Part shown: positions 61,492 to 64,000 of the stretch, piece after piece
How the letters are laid out: each line of letters opens with the position of its first letter
Position numbering within the stretch: position 1 is the stretch's first letter
Source: Ranitomeya imitator
Lineage: Eukaryota
Assembly (NCBI RefSeq): GCF_032444005.1
Contig: NC_091285.1
Span: forward strand, 313,844,001 to 313,908,000
Direction of reading: 5' to 3'
Length of the DNA stretch: 64,000 nucleotides
Notes under the pieces: model-generated
Database searches by the model: none
What the model was told of the DNA's origin: nothing
Seen by the model: only the letters and a program-made list of their open reading frames with translations
Made by a program: the position numbers and the translations under genes

Positions 61492-62923
61492 TAAGACCCA
61501 CAACAGGCCTGAGCTAGACCACAAGCCTTTGTGCAGTTTCATTGATAGATTAGATTTGAGGGGAAGGATTGGAGGCTAAGGTCCGTACCGTCTCACAGTG
61601 GCACTTTGGTCGCTTACAGTCCTGAGTTGGTTTGGGTACTTAGCCAGGACCTAATTCATTAGATTCCTTGAACAACGTAATATAGGTCCTCACTTCCCGC
61701 ATCGGTGCTGTTTCAGCTATATCGGCATCAGGTCTTCCTTCGCTCTCATTACGACATTGTTGTAATGGCACCAATGTGAGAAGTGAGTATCTATGTTTTT
61801 TGTTTTTTTTTACACAAAATTTAAGAAGGAGTTGACTGAGTGGTGGAAAATCTGTCTACGATCTCGGATAGTCAAGAGCAACTACAAAGCTGTAAAATTA
61901 GAGTCAATCTTTTCCCTGGAGATAGAGAAAGAAATATGTTTTGTAAGGTATTCCCTAATTTGCAAGGAGTGGTCTGATTCCGAAAGAGAGTTGCATTTGC
62001 CCTTATTAAAGTTATATAAATTCTCATAAATTCCTCAAGTAGGGCTACAAAGTTCCTGTTCTAATCACCAAATTCCTAATAGAGACACTGAAGGTTGTCC
62101 CCAGCTTGGTAATTTTTCCAGCTTGGTCATTTTTCTGGTCTAATAACAGGGCTGTCCGAGGTTTGCTTAGTTCTGCATATGTAGTAGTGGTCATAGCATG
62201 CTTATGAGGGGACTCCATTGTTAAGTGCAACTTTATGTTGTGCCAAAATTGCACTTTTTTGTCTACGTCTGAAGCTAAGACATTAGGCTTTACTAGGACT
62301 GGTCTCGATAATCACAGTTTTGCAGTTACTTGCAAAGGGACAGCTATATGGCATACACTCCATTAGTATGTAAGGAGTCCAGGAGGCCTCTCTGCCGCAA
62401 AGACACCATTATTGTAAATAATGCATTTTACCTCTGTGGCCTGTTACATATTTTACATTGGTGCCCAGGGACTCAAGTGAAATTACAGCTTGTTGCAGAG
62501 TAGCACAAACATGACAAGGTTTCAGTGCCTCAGTAACAAAAGGATGCAGAGAAGTTGCATTGTAATTGCCAATAGTCACAGTATACAGAAATAAATCAGA
62601 CTTTTGCCATTCACTCACAGGGTAGGGTCAGCTGCATGTGACCATAACTTTGCCCACTTTGATGGCCAATTGATACAAGATTTTGTTTCGTCATTGGCCT
62701 GTTTGTCACTTGGTATTCATACTTTGAAAAAGGCGCCGGTCTGATGCAGATACGCGCTGGTATTAATAAACAATGATCTAGAATCCCATGGCTCTTCATT
62801 TCCGCAGCACCGCCTGCCTAAATGTGACCATTTTCATTTTTCCTTTATACTTTAATACTTTTTGTAATAGCTCATAAAGAATGTAACATGCAAATTAAGA
62901 ATTAAGTATCAGTGTATTTCTGA

Positions 62924-63345
<422 letters not shown>

Positions 63346-64000
63346 TTGTCTAATTTTTCTTAATAGCAACCTAAACTTACAATAACAGTATAGATAATTA
63401 AGTATCATATCATATAAATATAAGAATACAAAACAACAAAATATGAAGATACAAAAATAAGAGGGCAAAACAGTAATTGCCTGAATCATTAGAATAAGAA
63501 AGTTGACCATGATATCAAGTTAAAATTAGTTATATCGCAAATTGTAAAGACGTGCGTGAAAGAACAGATAAAAAAAATTGTAAAGCTACGGAAGAAAAAC
63601 AACTTTTAAGTGCTTTTCTAAGCATATTACCGGATTGTAAGGTTCTGTTCACATTGTGTTGCAGTTTTGGTTAAGAAGGGAAACAACAATCCTATATTGG
63701 TTGAGTTAAACAACACCAAACCACAACAAAAATATCTGTATTGAGATTTTCTCGCAACCATAAACTCTGGCAATGCCCAATAAACCTACTAAATCATAAT
63801 GGGGTTTTACACAGATGACGTTCCATTACTGGATGATACTGCATGTAGTGCTACTTTTTCCTATCAAAAATAATTACCGTACATCTTATAAAGCCTCCAG
63901 CTCAATCAAGCCTCTAGCTCAATCTAATAAAGTGAGAGGGGCTGAGCTACAGTACCTGGCACATTTACATTCATGAGTATTTCATGGGTCATGGTATTAT

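Overview
Eukaryotic genomic DNA, most likely from a frog (inferred from the amphibian-type CFTR protein and the T2/Kolobok, Harbinger, hAT and Tc1 repeat landscape). The only host gene is cftr on the + strand. Six internal coding exons are present, equivalent to human exons 8-13 (legacy 7-12): 880-1126, 6293-6385, 6700-6879, 14028-14219, 60614-60708 and 62932-63018. They encode TM5/TM6 and most of NBD1, all with AG/GT splice sites and human-matching phases. The intron after the F508 exon is 46.4 kb and consists almost entirely of nested mobile DNA: two full-length chromodomain Ty3/Gypsy (Tf1/sushi-type) LTR retrotransposons, about seven Tc1 elements or remnants, a Helitron, several hAT elements carrying minisatellites, T2/Kolobok and Harbinger palindromic MITEs, an L2 LINE tail and a Penelope-type inverted fragment with hammerhead ribozyme motifs. 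A tRNA-derived SINE follows the last exon. Highlights: (1) both retrotransposons have a PBS complementary to their own predicted transcript 5' end rather than to a tRNA (self-priming); (2) this CFTR naturally carries the F508del-suppressor residues P492, P534 and T539; (3) minimal hammerhead ribozyme motifs sit on both strands; (4) one Tc1 transposase is one nonsense codon from intact; (5) a telomere-like array lies inside a transposon; (6) 5' splice-site motifs recur in inverted pairs in MITEs of four superfamilies. All alignments and counts were done by eye. Most long ORFs in the supplied track are repeat artefacts.
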